The position numbers and the translations under genes were made by a program. The notes below the pieces were generated by a model. It had not been told where the DNA came from, searched no databases, and saw only the letters and a list, made by a program, of their open reading frames with translations. DNA of 60,844 bases, counting the filler, from Asterionella formosa (lineage: Eukaryota), in assembly GCA_002256025.1 (NCBI GenBank). It is 6 parts of 6 records of this genome, joined end to end, with 100 filler letters (N's around TTAATTAATTAA, not from the genome) between each part and the next. Parts side by side here need not be neighbours in the genome. Positions count along the whole stretch, not along the records: positions 20,329 to 30,391 come from NKIB01009921.1; positions 30,492 to 40,550 come from NKIB01009932.1; 4 more parts are not named here. One strand, written 5' to 3'. This document shows positions 23,983 through 37,500 of the stretch, one piece after another (within the stretch, counting starts at the first letter, position 1; every line of letters starts with the position of its first letter).

Positions 23983-25806
23983 ATGACGAGCCATCATCAA
24001 CATGACGAGAAGAATGAAACAAGAACACCAGCAACAATAACAGTGGAGGAAACATCAGCCACAGGAACTACAGCAGCGATGGACATGGTACGTTGTGTCA
24101 TTGCAGTAGTCGTGGCTGCAAAAAGAGATTAGTTTCGAAACGGAAATCAAACTACCTGCATGCACTCTTTGCAAATTCACTAACTTACTACCGGTAACTA
24201 ACTTACTATTACTGCATGTACTTACTCATTACACACTAACTATACACTACAGCACAAAAAGCATCAATTCCAACTCTTGTTTCATATTTTCAATCATTAT
24301 GACAATGATTCCATGGAAGCATTTATTGCATTATTTCCCAACATCTTTTGTGAACAAATTGATTTTCCTGATTTAGAAGAATATACAGCAGAAGATACAG
24401 TCTATCCATTTTTGAAATTGGCAACATTAAATCCATCACGCCATGTTGTGGAATTGGCATTTGCTGCTAATCCAAATGCAATCAAAAGCACCGGTGCTAG
24501 TAGTACTTGCCCTAGTACTAGTAGTGCAACGACGAATCCTCCAAATGACACTATACTTTGGAATGCAGCATGTCAAAACAATTGTCTACACGTGATTGAA
24601 TGGTTCATGAAAACCATTTATAACAACACCAACAACAATTTGCTTCACATGGCTATTTCAGCTCATGCATCACATGAGATCATTTCGTATTTGATACAAC
24701 ACTATCCACAGTTAGTACGACATGTACAATCAGAGAACGGAAGACTACCATTACATACAGCATGTTGTTATTCTGCATCATCATCGTCGTCATCTTACAA
24801 TGATGACTATTGTGACAACAGCAACAATCATGACAATGAAGAACAAATGTCAACATTCACCATCCTTGCATTAATTCAAGCCTATCCAGATGCAGTAGTA
24901 ACAACTGATTATTGGGATAATTTACCAATGCATTTGGCATGCCGACATGGAGCATCCTTATCTAACCTTCTCTTGTTGTATAGAATGAATCCATCCTGTC
25001 TTGGTCAAGTGAATGATAATGGGGACACACCATTCTTTTGTGCACTACGATCGTCCTGTCACGACGATGAAGATACAATGACAACGACTATATCCATCTT
25101 ACAGTGGTTCATACAAATCAATCCAGACGTTATATTTCATACTGACCATTATGGTGAAACAGCATTGCATGCTGTATGTTATGAAGGATCTGTCAAGACT
25201 GTCCAATGGGTATTGGACCATTGTATCATGAGGACACCAACGACTTGTCATGTTGCTGTACCATTGCAAGATAAAAAAGGCAATACACCACTTCATATTG
25301 CATTGATGCATTCTCCCACACCATATGATGTATCTATGTTGTTATTACAACATGCACCAGAATGTTGTGCCATGACTTGTGATGGACAATTACCATTGCA
25401 TGGACTGTTCAAAACAAAAGAATTACCTTTTGAATTTTTAGAAACCATGTTGATCCGATTCCCACCGGCAATTGAAATCCCAAATACTTTGGGACAATAT
25501 CCATTGCATTTGGCATGCATGGTGAAGGGGTTGCCATTGGATATAATGGAATTGATGATTGTCACATTTCCCAAGGCTTTACATTTACCGGATAGGAATG
25601 GCAATCTTCCTATTGACTATGCAAGACAATGTGCATCAGTAAATGGGAATCCAGCGTTATTGCAGTTGTTGTCGTACACAATGGACAATGATATTGATGA
25701 CAACAACGTGAATGATGGTGATATCGGGAATGAAAATGTTAATGTTGGCAATGGCAGTTCGACCAAAGGCGAAGCGGTACATAAAAAGAGACGTATTGAC
25801 CCATAA
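23983..25806 (+). CDS. Ankyrin-repeat protein; exons 23983..24087 and 24253..25806
   Basis: Repeated G.LPLH.AC / G.TPLH.AL motifs. The GTACGT donor (24088), CACTAAC branch site and CAG acceptor (24252) splice an ATG exon in frame onto the TTG-start ORF. C-terminal KKRR is NLS-like. Confidence 0.85.
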
Positions 25807-26382
25807 CCACAAGATTCGTCCATCAGTAAGGTAGAATCTTCCACTATTGGTGAATGATAACAACAACTACTACTACAACATCCAGGGAATGAAAATAGGA
25901 ATATGGGAGTAGACTACCGGTAAGTAAATGCATCCAACGAAGAAATTGGGAAATGTTGGGGGGGGGGGGGGGGGAAAAAAAAGAAAATAGTAAACAAAGC
26001 CTTCTACTAATGAGGGCAAACGTAGCAAAAGAAAAGAAATGGGACGAACACTTGGTAACTGGTACTCTACTCTAGGCACCAGTAGAATATTATTGGACAG
26101 TTGCAGAGGACAAACGGAAGAGAACCTGGTACCAGGTACCAGGTACCAGTACCTGGTTCAACCGGTACCTGCTGACATACCGGTACCTGGTACCAGAAGG
26201 TCGAGAAAGTTCATTTACGTAGGTATTCTACGGCACATAAATAAGGCATACAGGTACTTATGTAGATTCTCCGTCTGTACCAGGTACGTCCAAGCAATGA
26301 TGTGGCGTATGGATTGGGACAAAATGTTCTTCTTAGTGCCGTCGCTGCAGTGTCATTGATTTCCTCCACTCATCCATTCACC

Positions 26383-27345
26383 ATGTTGTCCATTGCATCC
26401 TTGGCGAGACGAACTGCTCGTCTCCATGGATCGACGATTAAGAGAACAATGGCCGCGAAGTCCTTTGTAAGTTGAACAAGTGTTTCCGTTCTGTTGTTTG
26501 ACTTCTTCGACTAAATCTATTTGGTAGCATATTGATACGCCCGACAACAACTCAGAAACTAAATTTGACTTTACTGAAGAAAACTACAAGCGTGTTGACT
26601 CGGTACGTACTATATGTCATGGAAATTAATAGTGTCACTACCTGGTAGTCTACGGGTACTACCCTGACCTAAACCACTCATCTGCCAATGTTATCTTTAC
26701 TCTACCTATGCTCCACTAAACGTATCCTAGATTCTAGCAAAGTACCCCACCAATTATAAGCAATCTGGAATTATTCCCCTCTTGGATTTGGCGCAACGCC
26801 AACACGGAGGATGGCTTCCTGTAGCTGCCATGGATAAGGTTGCCACCATTTGTGGAGTCGCTCCTGTTCGTGTCTATGAAGTCGCTTCCTTTTATACCAT
26901 GTTCAACAGAACCAAGGTGGGCAAATACTTTATTCAACTTTGTGGGACAACTCCCTGCATGATTTGTGGTTCCAACGATATATCCAATGCTATTACTAAA
27001 CATTTGGGCATTCATAGTGGAGAAACCACTCAAGATGGACTATTTACACTCTTGGAAGTGGAATGTTTGGGTGCATGTGCCAATGCGCCCATGATTCAAT
27101 TGAATGATGATTATTATGAGTGCTTGACACCCGAAAGCGTTGTCACGTTGTTGGAATTGTGCAAGGCAGGAAAACCGCCACCCATGGGCAAATGGGGGAG
27201 CTTGCCCATGAATGGACAAGTGTCATGTGAAGGACCCTTGGGGAAAACTTCGCTAATCACGATTGAAGCTCCAAAAGTCGATCCAGACCGGTTCAAGGAT
27301 GGGCAGGTCAATCCATCTAGTGTGAAGGAACACATGGCGTATTAG
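26383..27345 (+). CDS. NDUFV2: NADH:ubiquinone oxidoreductase 24 kDa subunit; exons 26383..26466, 26528..26602, 26731..27345
   Basis: Mitochondrial presequence MLSIASLARRTARL, then HIDTPDNN...FDFTEENY and YEVASFYTMF. [2Fe-2S] ligands CGTTPC and ECLGACANAP. Two in-frame GT-AG introns. Confidence 0.97.
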
Positions 27346-28789
27346 AAACTAACTGTCAGTACTACATTCTAACTATATTATAATATAATATAGTGCGATA
27401 AATTAGGGAATGCATTCATACTTAAAAATTTAGATGAGATATAGTGGGTACATCAAATAAACTAGTGGACGAACAATGAAGAATGTCGCTTGTTACCTAC
27501 TAGTAGTAGCTGGTACAGTCATGAAATTGGGTTCTGCTCGATCAACGTTTACTTGCAAAGATACGAAGTAGAGCANNNNNNNNNNNNNNNNNNNNNNNNN
27601 NNNNNNNNNNNNNNNNNNNNNNNNNNNNNNNNNNNNNNNNNNNNNNNNNNNNNNNNNNNNNNNNNNNNNNNNNNNNNNNNNNNNNNNNNNNNNNNNNNNN
27701 NNNNNNNNNNNNNNNNNNNNNNNNNNNNNNNNNNNNNNNNNNNNNNNNNNNNNNNNNNNNNNNNNNNNNNNNNNNNNNNNNNNNNNNNNNNNNNNNNNNN
27801 NNNNNNNNNNNNNNNNNNNNNNNNNNNNNNNNNNNNNNNNNNNNNNNNNNNNNNNNNNNNNNNNNNNNNNNNNNNNNNNNNNNNNNNNNNNNNNNNNNNN
27901 NNNNNNNNNNNNNNNNNNNNNNNNNNNNNNNNNNNNNNNNNNNNNNNNNNNNNNNNNNNNNNNNNNNNNNNNNNNNNNNNNNNNNNNNNNNNNNNNNNNN
28001 NNNNNNNNNNNNNNNNNNNNNNNNNNNNNNNNNNNNNNNNNNNNNNNNNNNNNNNNNNNNNNNNNNNNNNNNNNNNNNNNNNNNNNNNNNNNNNNNNNNN
28101 NNNNNNNNNNNNNNNNNNNNNNNNNNNNNNNNNNNNNNNNNNNNNNNNNNNNNNNNNNTACATCATGAAGGCAGTTCAATGTCAACAACGCTTTTGCCTC
28201 GTTTCTAGAAGCGATAAACCTGCCTAGTCTTTTTATGCACGATCATTAACTCAAACTAACCTCGATCATTTATCAACACAATTTCATATTAGCAAAGATG
28301 GTGGGTATCTACGACTCGGAGAAGCTTTTAATAAGGGCTGCAAGGACAGTCAGAGAGCCTAACAATGTTGGCTGTCTTGTTCGTTTGAGTTGGGCAGTGT
28401 TGCCATGTTGTTGTAGTAGAACAATCAAATACTATGCTTTGTTAACTGATGTGTACAAGATTTGCTGTAAAACCTGTCATGCATTCATATCATATACCGT
28501 GTATCTTAAATATAACCCATCAAAGAGGCAATTTGGGGTCAGACAGCACCATTTTGTGCTTTCGATTGGCTACCGGTACTATCTATATCGAGTGATTTGA
28601 CTGCAGAATTCAATGTATGGTCCTTTTACGTAATAATCTTCTGTGCTAAAATATCATAATTCTTGTCACTCCTCCTCAGACTTGGTCAATCCAGCTTCTT
28701 TATTCCCAAACAATTGCTTCCACCAGCGATGGTACAATTATCATACACCACACCACCATAGATTGAAAGTAACATGTATTCCATTTTTT

Positions 28790-29993
28790 TCACTTTGGCA
28801 AAATGGCTTCCAATTCCGAATCTTCCTTCTTTGTACGTTGATTCGTCATATAGGTAGGTAAGTCATTTGAAAAGAAGTACACTGACGCCAAGATCACTCC
28901 AGCACCAACAGAAAATTGACCCGATGGTTGTGTCCCAAAGAGCATCATACTGAAGGAAGTTGCAGCCACCACCGATACTCCCGTTGCCAATCCCTTGAGA
29001 ACATTATCAGCATACTTAATAACAGCCGCCACCAACAACCCTCCCCCAGCTTGCAATCCCACCAACACCCATACCCATGTTGTAAATCCATGCAAATATG
29101 GTTGTCCAACTTCTTCTGCCGATTTCTTTTGTACTGCATTTTGAATGACAGCAATAGCACAGGAAAAGAACGCCAATTGAAAATTCCTCATCCAGACACT
29201 GACAGGTGCACGGGGCGCTCCATCTTTTTCTGTTGTAGTAACTTTCAAGACTTTTTCAAAGTACACACCTGCCAATGCCGAACAGAAACAAGCAATGGTA
29301 ACTGCCACGAGCCCCACCATGAGTGACTGTGTGGGTTTAGTTTCATCAATTTCCTTTTCTTCTGTTTCTCCCAAAACGACAGTTGCCACCCCCACCGAGA
29401 GAGCTACCAAGCACAACCATTGCTTGGGATTGTATTGTCGTCCCAACATCATGACAGAGACAATGGCTGTCGTGACGAGTTTTGCTTGGTACGTAACCTG
29501 GAATAGTGGAGCTGACAAATTGGACAAGGCCACATAGAGCAATGTATTTTGAATCAGATACAACAATGCGGGGATACTAATCTTTAAGGCATCCAGGGGG
29601 CGTCGCACAATATTTTCTGAAAGGGAATGGATCAATCCTCCGTTGGTGGCGAAGAACTCAAAGACACAGGAAATGGCAAGCTGTGTGTGTTGAAAGTAGA
29701 GATACCGGTAGTAGTCAAGATGCGATTGTTAGTGATACACTCTGCAGTAAGACAACAACGAAGCGAATCGATGAACTGTGAACGCAACGCACCTTGGCAA
29801 CTTCGGTGACCAATACTAAATGATTGACTACAAAGAGTTGTTCTTTTGGGACGGACGAACGGGTATATCTTCCCACCAATACAGTAGCACTATTTTGAGC
29901 GACCATGAGTGTTAACAGAATGAGCTTGAAGCTCATTGTGGCGATGTCCTGTTTGTTGGTCACTGCGTTGGTCTCGTTAGTGTTGGGAGCCAT
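28790..29993 (-). CDS. SLC35A-family nucleotide-sugar transporter; exons 29993..29793 and 29680..28790
   Basis: Motifs IPALLYLIQNTL, FQVTYQAKL, AGVYFEKVLK, SVWMRN.QL and GGLLVAAVIKYADNVLKG. A GTGCGT...CAG intron at 29792..29681 keeps the frame. Confidence 0.93.
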
Positions 29994-30391
29994 GATGATT
30001 GCTGCTGTTGCAGTTGCTACTGCTACTGTTGTTGCTGGCGGTGGTGGTGTTTTGATGCTGTCAGGAGTTGTTGTTGGCACTTCGGGCATGCTGTTTTTGA
30101 GGATTCGTCCAGAAAGCAAGCGAGACGAGCGAGGAACGGTCAAGGATGCCGGGTGTGATAATTTGATTGGCAAAAAGGAGTTATAATTCCTTGTGATGCC
30201 AATTTTCAGGAATATTTTTTTGCTCCCTCATCTCCGGCTGTGCGTACACGGTTACATGCTCCATTGTAAAAATGAGTTACCTTTTGGTGTGCCGCTGCAC
30301 TGGTGCTTGAGACACAATGTCCGATATGGTTACTTAGTAAATAGCTCGAATAATACAGATATTCTCACCGGCATATGCCGACATGTTGAAA

Positions 30392-30491
30392 NNNNNNNNN
30401 NNNNNNNNNNNNNNNNNNNNNNNNNNNNNNNNNNNTTAATTAATTAANNNNNNNNNNNNNNNNNNNNNNNNNNNNNNNNNNNNNNNNNNNN
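30392..30491. other. Artificial scaffold linker
   Basis: N44-TTAATTAATTAA-N44. Confidence 0.97.
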
Positions 30492-31598
30492 ATATATAGA
30501 ATTCATCTTTGATGGTCATCATGTTTATTTAATTAGCCATCACGATACATCAATGATAATACATACTACCGGTATATATTTGGTTGGTTGATGATGGCTA
30601 TCTGGTCCTGATGGGAGGAAGGTTTGTTGGCACAAGTCTTTTTGTTAACAGGTAACAATATCATATACGTAGTGCAATGAATCAATGACTTAAGCAAAAC
30701 TTTTTTTTAATGATTTAATTTATGACATTATTGATTGGCCAACAAAGGCACTATTTTCATCCCTAATGGAAACAACAGAAACTAAATTTGGAGAATTGAT
30801 CAACAGCAATTGTTATTAAAGCAACTTGTGTTCATCACTTGTGAATAATTGCAATACTTATGAGTTGCACTTGGTATTGTTGTTACTTCTTGTGTCATAA
30901 TAAACATGGCTAGCCACTACACTTTTTGAAAACTGGTTAACGACTATTGACTTTCGAGTTTTGATGGGGTACACACAAAAGTTGCTTGTCAACAGAAATG
31001 CCAAAGTAACCCTACTTATCCTGATTTCTTAACATCAATAATTGAAGCAATTTTCTGCTAGAGAAGATATTGATAATGACTCTGTACTGATTCGGAATTA
31101 TATCTTTCCCAACTGTTTGGTTTTGCATCATCTTTTGTCATTGCAGATATTTTATTAGATGATAATTCTGAAAAATCTCAGATTACTAAGAACAAGAAAG
31201 ATCGCTGCGGATATTTTATTAGATGATGATTCTGAAATATCCCCATTTACTCAGATAGATTAACGATCTCCCAATGACAAGAAGAAAAGAATGCTGCAAC
31301 TGCTCCTAGTAAATGTATTAAGAAACATTGCCCATAATGCCGAGTAATTAATGTCTCCTTCAATGAAGAAATTTTTCAACATGTTTTGAACTTTGGGAAT
31401 ACACCAACTATGAGTGAGCATGAGGATGCAAGAAAAATTTTTCTACAAAGCAGTTTCAGAAAAGTATTGGTTACATAGTAGATGGCTGGACATAACTAGA
31501 TCATGATGATACAATTGGATCCACAATGGCCTTTAAATACCACCAGTTTGAATGCCATGGTGATCACCTTCCCCTCAATATGTTAGATAGCTAACAAA

Positions 31599-31862
31599 TG
31601 TTAGAGTTATGGAATCCAATGAGTCGAGGATCGATCTTTTAGTGATTAGAAACCAAGACATGCAATACTTATTGACAAATGTATTGAGATGCTTACTTAT
31701 TTACTTGATTAATCAGGCAAGAACAAGACTAGATAGACTATTAACAGATGGCTCACAATATTACAACAAAGTGTAAAGTGAAAATACGTTTTCAGCTTTA
31801 ATGACCTTAAAAGTAAGATCTGTGATATTCTCAATGAATGTGCAAAGCTAGACAATTTAACA
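31599..31862 (+). mobile_element. Solo LTR (Copia family of 3746..4082)
   Basis: TGTTAG...TTAACA ends. It aligns end to end with the reverse complement of 3746..4082 (e.g. taatcaggcaagaacaag.ctaga.agactattaacagat.gctcacaatatta). No clean TSD. Confidence 0.8.
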
Positions 31863-32497
31863 ACCTTGTGCTGTAAAAGTATGCCACGCACAGTCATACT
31901 ATAGTGACAAGTATGTGAATCTATGCGTCCATAACTTTTTACGTAATACCTGATTGTACCAGGTACTGTGACGAGCAACAATGACGAGGAGTGATATTTA
32001 TATTGAATAGGCATATTTGAATATTTATAAAGATTCAAGCAATCATTATCGTTTCGTACATAAACTATGTTACACATATTGCAATTTTGAATATTATCGA
32101 ACATTGATACATACATCATAATAAAAGGGACTGTAGTGCCCTACGGTTGTCAGGATTTAACAAGTAGGTTCTGGGTAATTATGAGCTTAATGATTAGTGT
32201 ATCCATATTAGCTCCTACTAGTCCAAGGGGACTCACAAGGGTCTTGATGAGAACGGTATGTACTAGGTGTCAAGAGTCCATGCTAGGTGTCATGTTTTAG
32301 CCTACTAGCATTGGTACGTCTGTTCTAGATGTACGTCTATACCAATAGTTATCACGTAACATATATCTGCGGGTACATAATGCAATATGTACTACGAGCT
32401 GCATACTAGTAACCGTGTCTATTGCATCACGTACTAATCATGATTACTCTCGTGTAAATGTATATGTACTACGTATAGGTTCCATGGTGCTGGAGTA

Positions 32498-32599
32498 CCA
32501 GCAAGTTGCGGTAATTTTGCTTACACAACCGGTAACATTTTAATCGGGGATAAAGACAGCTAAATCTTTAGTTTCAGCAAAATTACCGCAACTTGCCGG
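32498..32599. mobile_element. ~100 bp MITE with a perfect 21-bp inverted repeat
   Basis: GCAAGTTGCGGTAATTTTGCT (32501..32521) and AGCAAAATTACCGCAACTTGC (32576..32596). Related ends occur at 16199 and ~14866. Confidence 0.75.
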
Positions 32600-32714
32600 G
32601 TTGTCATGTGCGTAATGTAAAAGGGAACACCTTTCACTTATGGTTGACGTGGTATACATACACAGTCTGTCTTGTGTAAATCTCTACAGTGAGAGTCAAC
32701 AAGTATACCAGTAT

Positions 32715-32935
32715 TTAGTCTGTATAGAAGAGCCTATAAGGTTAACGTTATATAGGATTTATACCCCCTAATCATATAGTGTATCTAGCGTAGTACATAC
32801 TGTACCATAGGTCAGCTTTTGAAACTACCGGTATACCGGTATTACATAAGATTTGGTCTAAGAGCCTATAAGGTTAACGTTATACCATCTAATGATAAGT
32901 ATATGTAGCGTGGTACATACAGTTCAATAGGTCAC
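32715..32935 (+). repeat. Diverged tandem duplication
   Basis: AAGAGCCTATAAGGTTAACGTTATA occurs at 32728 and 32860, each followed by a similar tagcgt.gtacatac...ataggtca segment. Confidence 0.7.
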
Positions 32936-33313
32936 GTAGTACATCATACATATTATAACCATCACTCCAACGATGGTGGAGCGCACGCCGTATATTCCTA
33001 ACGCATAAACTTTTTGTGAATGAAGGAGGCGTGAGTACAACGTCCGGTAAATCTGTGTCTCCCTGCGACATCATCGCAAATATATACGTTTGAACATTTA
33101 CACACATGTACTTATAGCTTTGTATTACCAGTACCCGGTATGTACCGGTATATCATACCAGTTTTTATATAAATTATTTTTACAGGTGCAGCCGAAAAAT
33201 GGATTCCAGAACATTTTTCTGCTTTTTTGGTTGAAGCAAAGGTCAACATTTATCATTTCCCTCATTTTCTTTCGTCGCCCTTGCGTCATTTCATGTCACA
33301 AGGAGTGAAGATC

Positions 33314-33634
33314 ATGAAGTCAATCAATCCTTCTATTATCCTCCTATTTCTTGCAGTCCAATGTACATTTGTTGAGACCACTCGTGTACTACCTGAAGTT
33401 GAGGGCCTCAATGATCGCAATCTCAAGGGCAACAAGAAAGATAGGCTCAAGAAGAAGGTGCGTTGCGTGTGTATTGAGTGATCCCGCAATGATTGAAAAT
33501 TGAGAAATTTATTGTACTCACATAATGTATGACATCTTGCATCGTATTAGGTGAAAAAGACGCCGAGCCCCCAAATCAATGCTCCTCCTAAAGGCGATTA
33601 TACCGCATTTCCTTCCTTGTCTCCTAGAGGATAG
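33314..33634 (+). CDS. Small secreted Lys-rich protein with RXL motifs (75 aa); exons 33314..33457 and 33551..33634
   Basis: Spliced product: MKSINPSIILLFLAVQCTFVETTRVLPEVEGLNDRNLKGNKKDRLKKK|VKKTPSPQINAPPKGDYTAFPSLSPRG*. It has a GTGCGT donor, a TACTCAC branch-like site and a TAG acceptor. Confidence 0.65.
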
Positions 33635-34023
33635 CAACTCGACCATAGCAGCCGGACAAAGAAAATGATGCCACGACAGCCCCATCTGTTTGGTGCTGAC
33701 CTGCGCTTGTTTCTGCAATTGACCATATAAATCAAAGTACTAATATCACGCATCCAATATTCAATTTAATTCTATGCACTTCTTAAAACGTTTTTCAACA
33801 TCTTCAAGGGATGAGCGTTGGAGTGCGCGATGGTGGGGATAGCCAAAACAAACACACTACTAGGAATCATTACATGAAAGCAATAAGGCTAGAAATTGAA
33901 TAATTGCGCATGAGTAGATTTTCTCCTTCGATCCAAGTAGGATAATGATATGATTAAAAATGAAACTCACTTGTAACGCGCTTTTTAAGACAACAGAGTT
34001 ACACGTGGAATTTCACAGCACGG

Positions 34024-34313
34024 CCTGCCAACCAGTCCATGTGCTTCCCTAGTTTTGTTAGTGTAGGTGAGTCCCCAACCATCTTTCATGAATGGTGATC
34101 ATCTCAGTCGAAGTGTTAGGGGAAACCCGACTGCCTAGGAAGGCGGCACACTGCTTGTTGGGGGGCAACTCACTTTTCCTTGCACACCAGGCAAGACAGC
34201 GCAGGATGGTGAGTGTGGGAGTCAAACCCAACAATTGCTTCTCAAAAAATTTGCGGGAATTGAACCACACAACTTCACATCAAAGACGTGCCCAACCAAC
34301 TGAGCTATTCCCC
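34024..34313 (-). mobile_element. Candidate tRNA-derived SINE, copy with intact head
   Basis: Minus strand begins GGGGAATAGCTCAGTTGG (A box) ... GGTTCAATTCCC (B box). The ~230 bp body is homologous to 51410..51665. Confidence 0.7.
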
Positions 34314-34560
34314 TATAATGATATGATTAAGTTCCTGATTGCCCACAGCCATGTGATCAAGAAGTCATGTAACATTTCACTTCTGCAGCTTCACCTTCAT
34401 TATACCATCCTTGCTTCTTGGTGATATGGCATGGATTTTTTGATTCAAAAGGTAAGCCAACCAAGTGATTATGCTGAATTAGTATACAGGCTGCATAACA
34501 CATGCATGTATAGTAGTAGTTAAAGTCTTGTACACTTTAGTCTATACTTCAGTCGATATC

Positions 34561-37500
34561 TGTAATGAAAGAGGGAACAAGAGATGTTAACAATGTCGAT
34601 GAACGAGAGTACAAGGGAAGGGGTGAGTCTGATAACTAACCAGACGAGCTCATAAGGAGTTTGGAAGGCGTGTTTGTTAAAAGAGTGATTAGAGTAGTTT
34701 AACAGGACTAGAATAACGAGTCACACGAGTACACAACACTTCATGTGTCAGACAAACAGATAGATCAACAGGACAGACAGTCTAGTGATTTCTTATAACA
34801 TCCCCTCCATCTCTGGAAGAAGAGAGGAAAGAGAAAGAAAATGAAACCAATAGTTGACAGAGGACAGGAGAAAATGGATGAGCAAGAGCCCGATGACCAA
34901 CATCAAGGAAAGAATAACCCATTATCATGGTCATGCAGTGAGCACTAAGGGTAGCAAATGGTAGTAAAGCTTTGGCGAAGTGGTCCACATGATTGTGATC
35001 AGATGACACATGGTGAAAATAGACTTGACCATGGCGAACATGTTCCTGGAGAGCCCTGCAGAAGGTGAGGCATGGTGATTGCTTGCATTAACATGATGAG
35101 TTTCAATCACTCCACCAATAGTCAGCTTGCTAGGAATGTGCCAAAATGTTTGCTCTTTGTCAAACTGATGAGCTTCAACAATAGTGACAGTGGGTTCGCC
35201 TAACCACGGAGCTGCTAGGCTGATGTGGGCAATAGAAATAACTGAACCACGTGGTATTTTTTGATTGAAAGCGAGAGGAAGGTCAGGATACTAGCAACAA
35301 AGATATTTGGCAATTTGAAGGAGTCCCTCAAAGTGTAACATCGCAGGAGCATTTTGATATTGATCGAGATGTTGAACTGCAGTTTGAATATCCAATCTAG
35401 TCCTTGAACAGAGATGTTGAAGCTACCCCAACAGTGTGCGATATTCAAATCCATATGCTTTGATGGCTGTTTTCATCTCGAGGCTGGAATATGGAATACA
35501 ACTTGCCAAGGCTTCTTTGTGCTGTATTCCAGCAAGCAGAGGGACTATATTTGCAATGGAGGGTGCTTGCTTATTCCATGTGGTACCATAGACATATGTT
35601 AATATCTCCAAAACCATATGGGTTTGATCAATAGCTAGTCATACAATTTGGGCTAAGTAGGAACCAAAGTCCAAAAAAATTTAAGACAATTCCCAAGTTA
35701 TGAACCTTCCAGTGAGATTCTAAGGTGGCAACAATGTGATTGTACATAGTAGCGAGAGAATGTGTTGCTTCCAATGATGATATCATCAGTAGCTCTGGCC
35801 ATAATGACATGGTGAGTATTTATAATTCCTTGGTATATGCATTGATCTGATCGATTCTTTACTAGTCCAAGTTCCCCACATTTGACTTTGTCAATATGTT
35901 CTCCCCATTCATGGGATGCATCTTTGCAACATTGAACATGTGCAAACATTTCGACTCCAAGATCTTTCCATGGATATTTACTAGCCGGGAGTGTTTTACT
36001 AGTCATTGAGGCATATTCAGTAGGGAATCTAGTTTGAAACCATAGGACATAGTCAGGAAACACTCTGAGCCAAATGCGATTGCCAGCTTCATTGGGAGGT
36101 GCTGGGGTATTTTGAAATGCATTGCCAATGTCAAGATGGTAGAAATCATAATGCAGATATGTACCAATTGCAAGAAAAACTTTGATAGACATAGCCAAAA
36201 TGGTTGGCGCAAAAGATTCAGTGTAATCTACTCCTTTGATTTTGGAAACTGCCATTCACACAGAGGCAAACTTTTCGATCATTGATTTGTTTCGCCGTAT
36301 TAAAGACATGTTTGAGGACCAGTACAGCTAGAAGAATCGTTGAATTACACAGGAGGGAGAGATGGGGGTCCAAATGATCAATACTGTGTCAACTATCAAG
36401 ATGTGAGAACAGTGTTGCAGTCCATTCCCCTTTAAAAAAATAAATGGTCCTTTCATTGCTTCGTGAAAAGTGCGAGGGCATTGGCTGGCCGGTGTATAGG
36501 CTATCGAAGAGACCGTGAACACTGATCTGAGCATATCACCTGCACCAAAAGTGAAGGTGTTTGCTGAGCATTAGCGCGAGGTTTCCTCACAGACACGATG
36601 GTCAAGTTTGTAAGAATACCAGGGACAAAGTGAGGATCATAGTGATCCCTGAAGGATAAACGACCATGAGTTGCGCTCACATATCCATCTAATAACTCTT
36701 CTGCATGATGGTGACAAGATGCACAAAGAGTGGATGGGGTGCTGTCAAAAGGTGGGAGTTGAGCTGCCTGGGCGTTCTTTGCTTTGACTAATAGTTCTTT
36801 CCTGGGGTCAGATAGTCCATTGAGGTGCCAGCAATCTGGTGTCTTATGGTTCGTCCTCCCAAAACAAATAAAACAACAGAGGGATCATGTTTGACACCAC
36901 ACCAATATTAGTGGCATGCACCATGTGGATTTGCTGTATGAGCTTGTTGAATAGCAGAGACAATGAGGGAATGAATAGGATGCATGTTGGGTAGGATCAA
37001 GAGATAAGCTTCCAGCAAGAGCACATTCCAAAGTGTGTTCAACATCAATTGCAGGTACTAATACCTAAGTGCAAGTCGAGGAATGGCTGATTAGCCAAGT
37101 GAACCGAATTGATTGAATGATGTAGATATGTATGGTCGAAACTTAGACAGAAAGACAAGGAGCTACCTTCTTGCTCAATTTATTTGTCTGCCCTGGCTCT
37201 AATTAATATGTACCAACAAACGTGAATGGTCCACCTCGATACCAAGGAGGCCAATTACAGTGAAAATACTGATTTCTGTATCACAATTTCGCGGTAGCAA
37301 TAACAATGACGAAACTAAAACAAAAAATTNNNNNNNNNNNNNNNNNNNNNNNNNNNNNNNNNNNNNNNNNNNNNNNNNNNNNNNNNNNNNNNNNNNNNNN
37401 NNNNNNNNNNNNNNNNNNNNNNNNNNNNNNNNNNNNNNNNNNNNNNNNNNNNNNNNNNNNNNNNNNNNNNNNNNNNNNNNNNNNNNNNNNNNNNNNNNNN

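Noticed and set aside
23983..29993. Ankyrin + NDUFV2 + sugar transporter as a functional cluster
   Set aside because: The functions are unrelated. This is ordinary compact eukaryotic gene spacing.
34255..34313. Functional tRNA gene
   Set aside because: It has A and B boxes but no acceptor stem or anticodon arm pairing.
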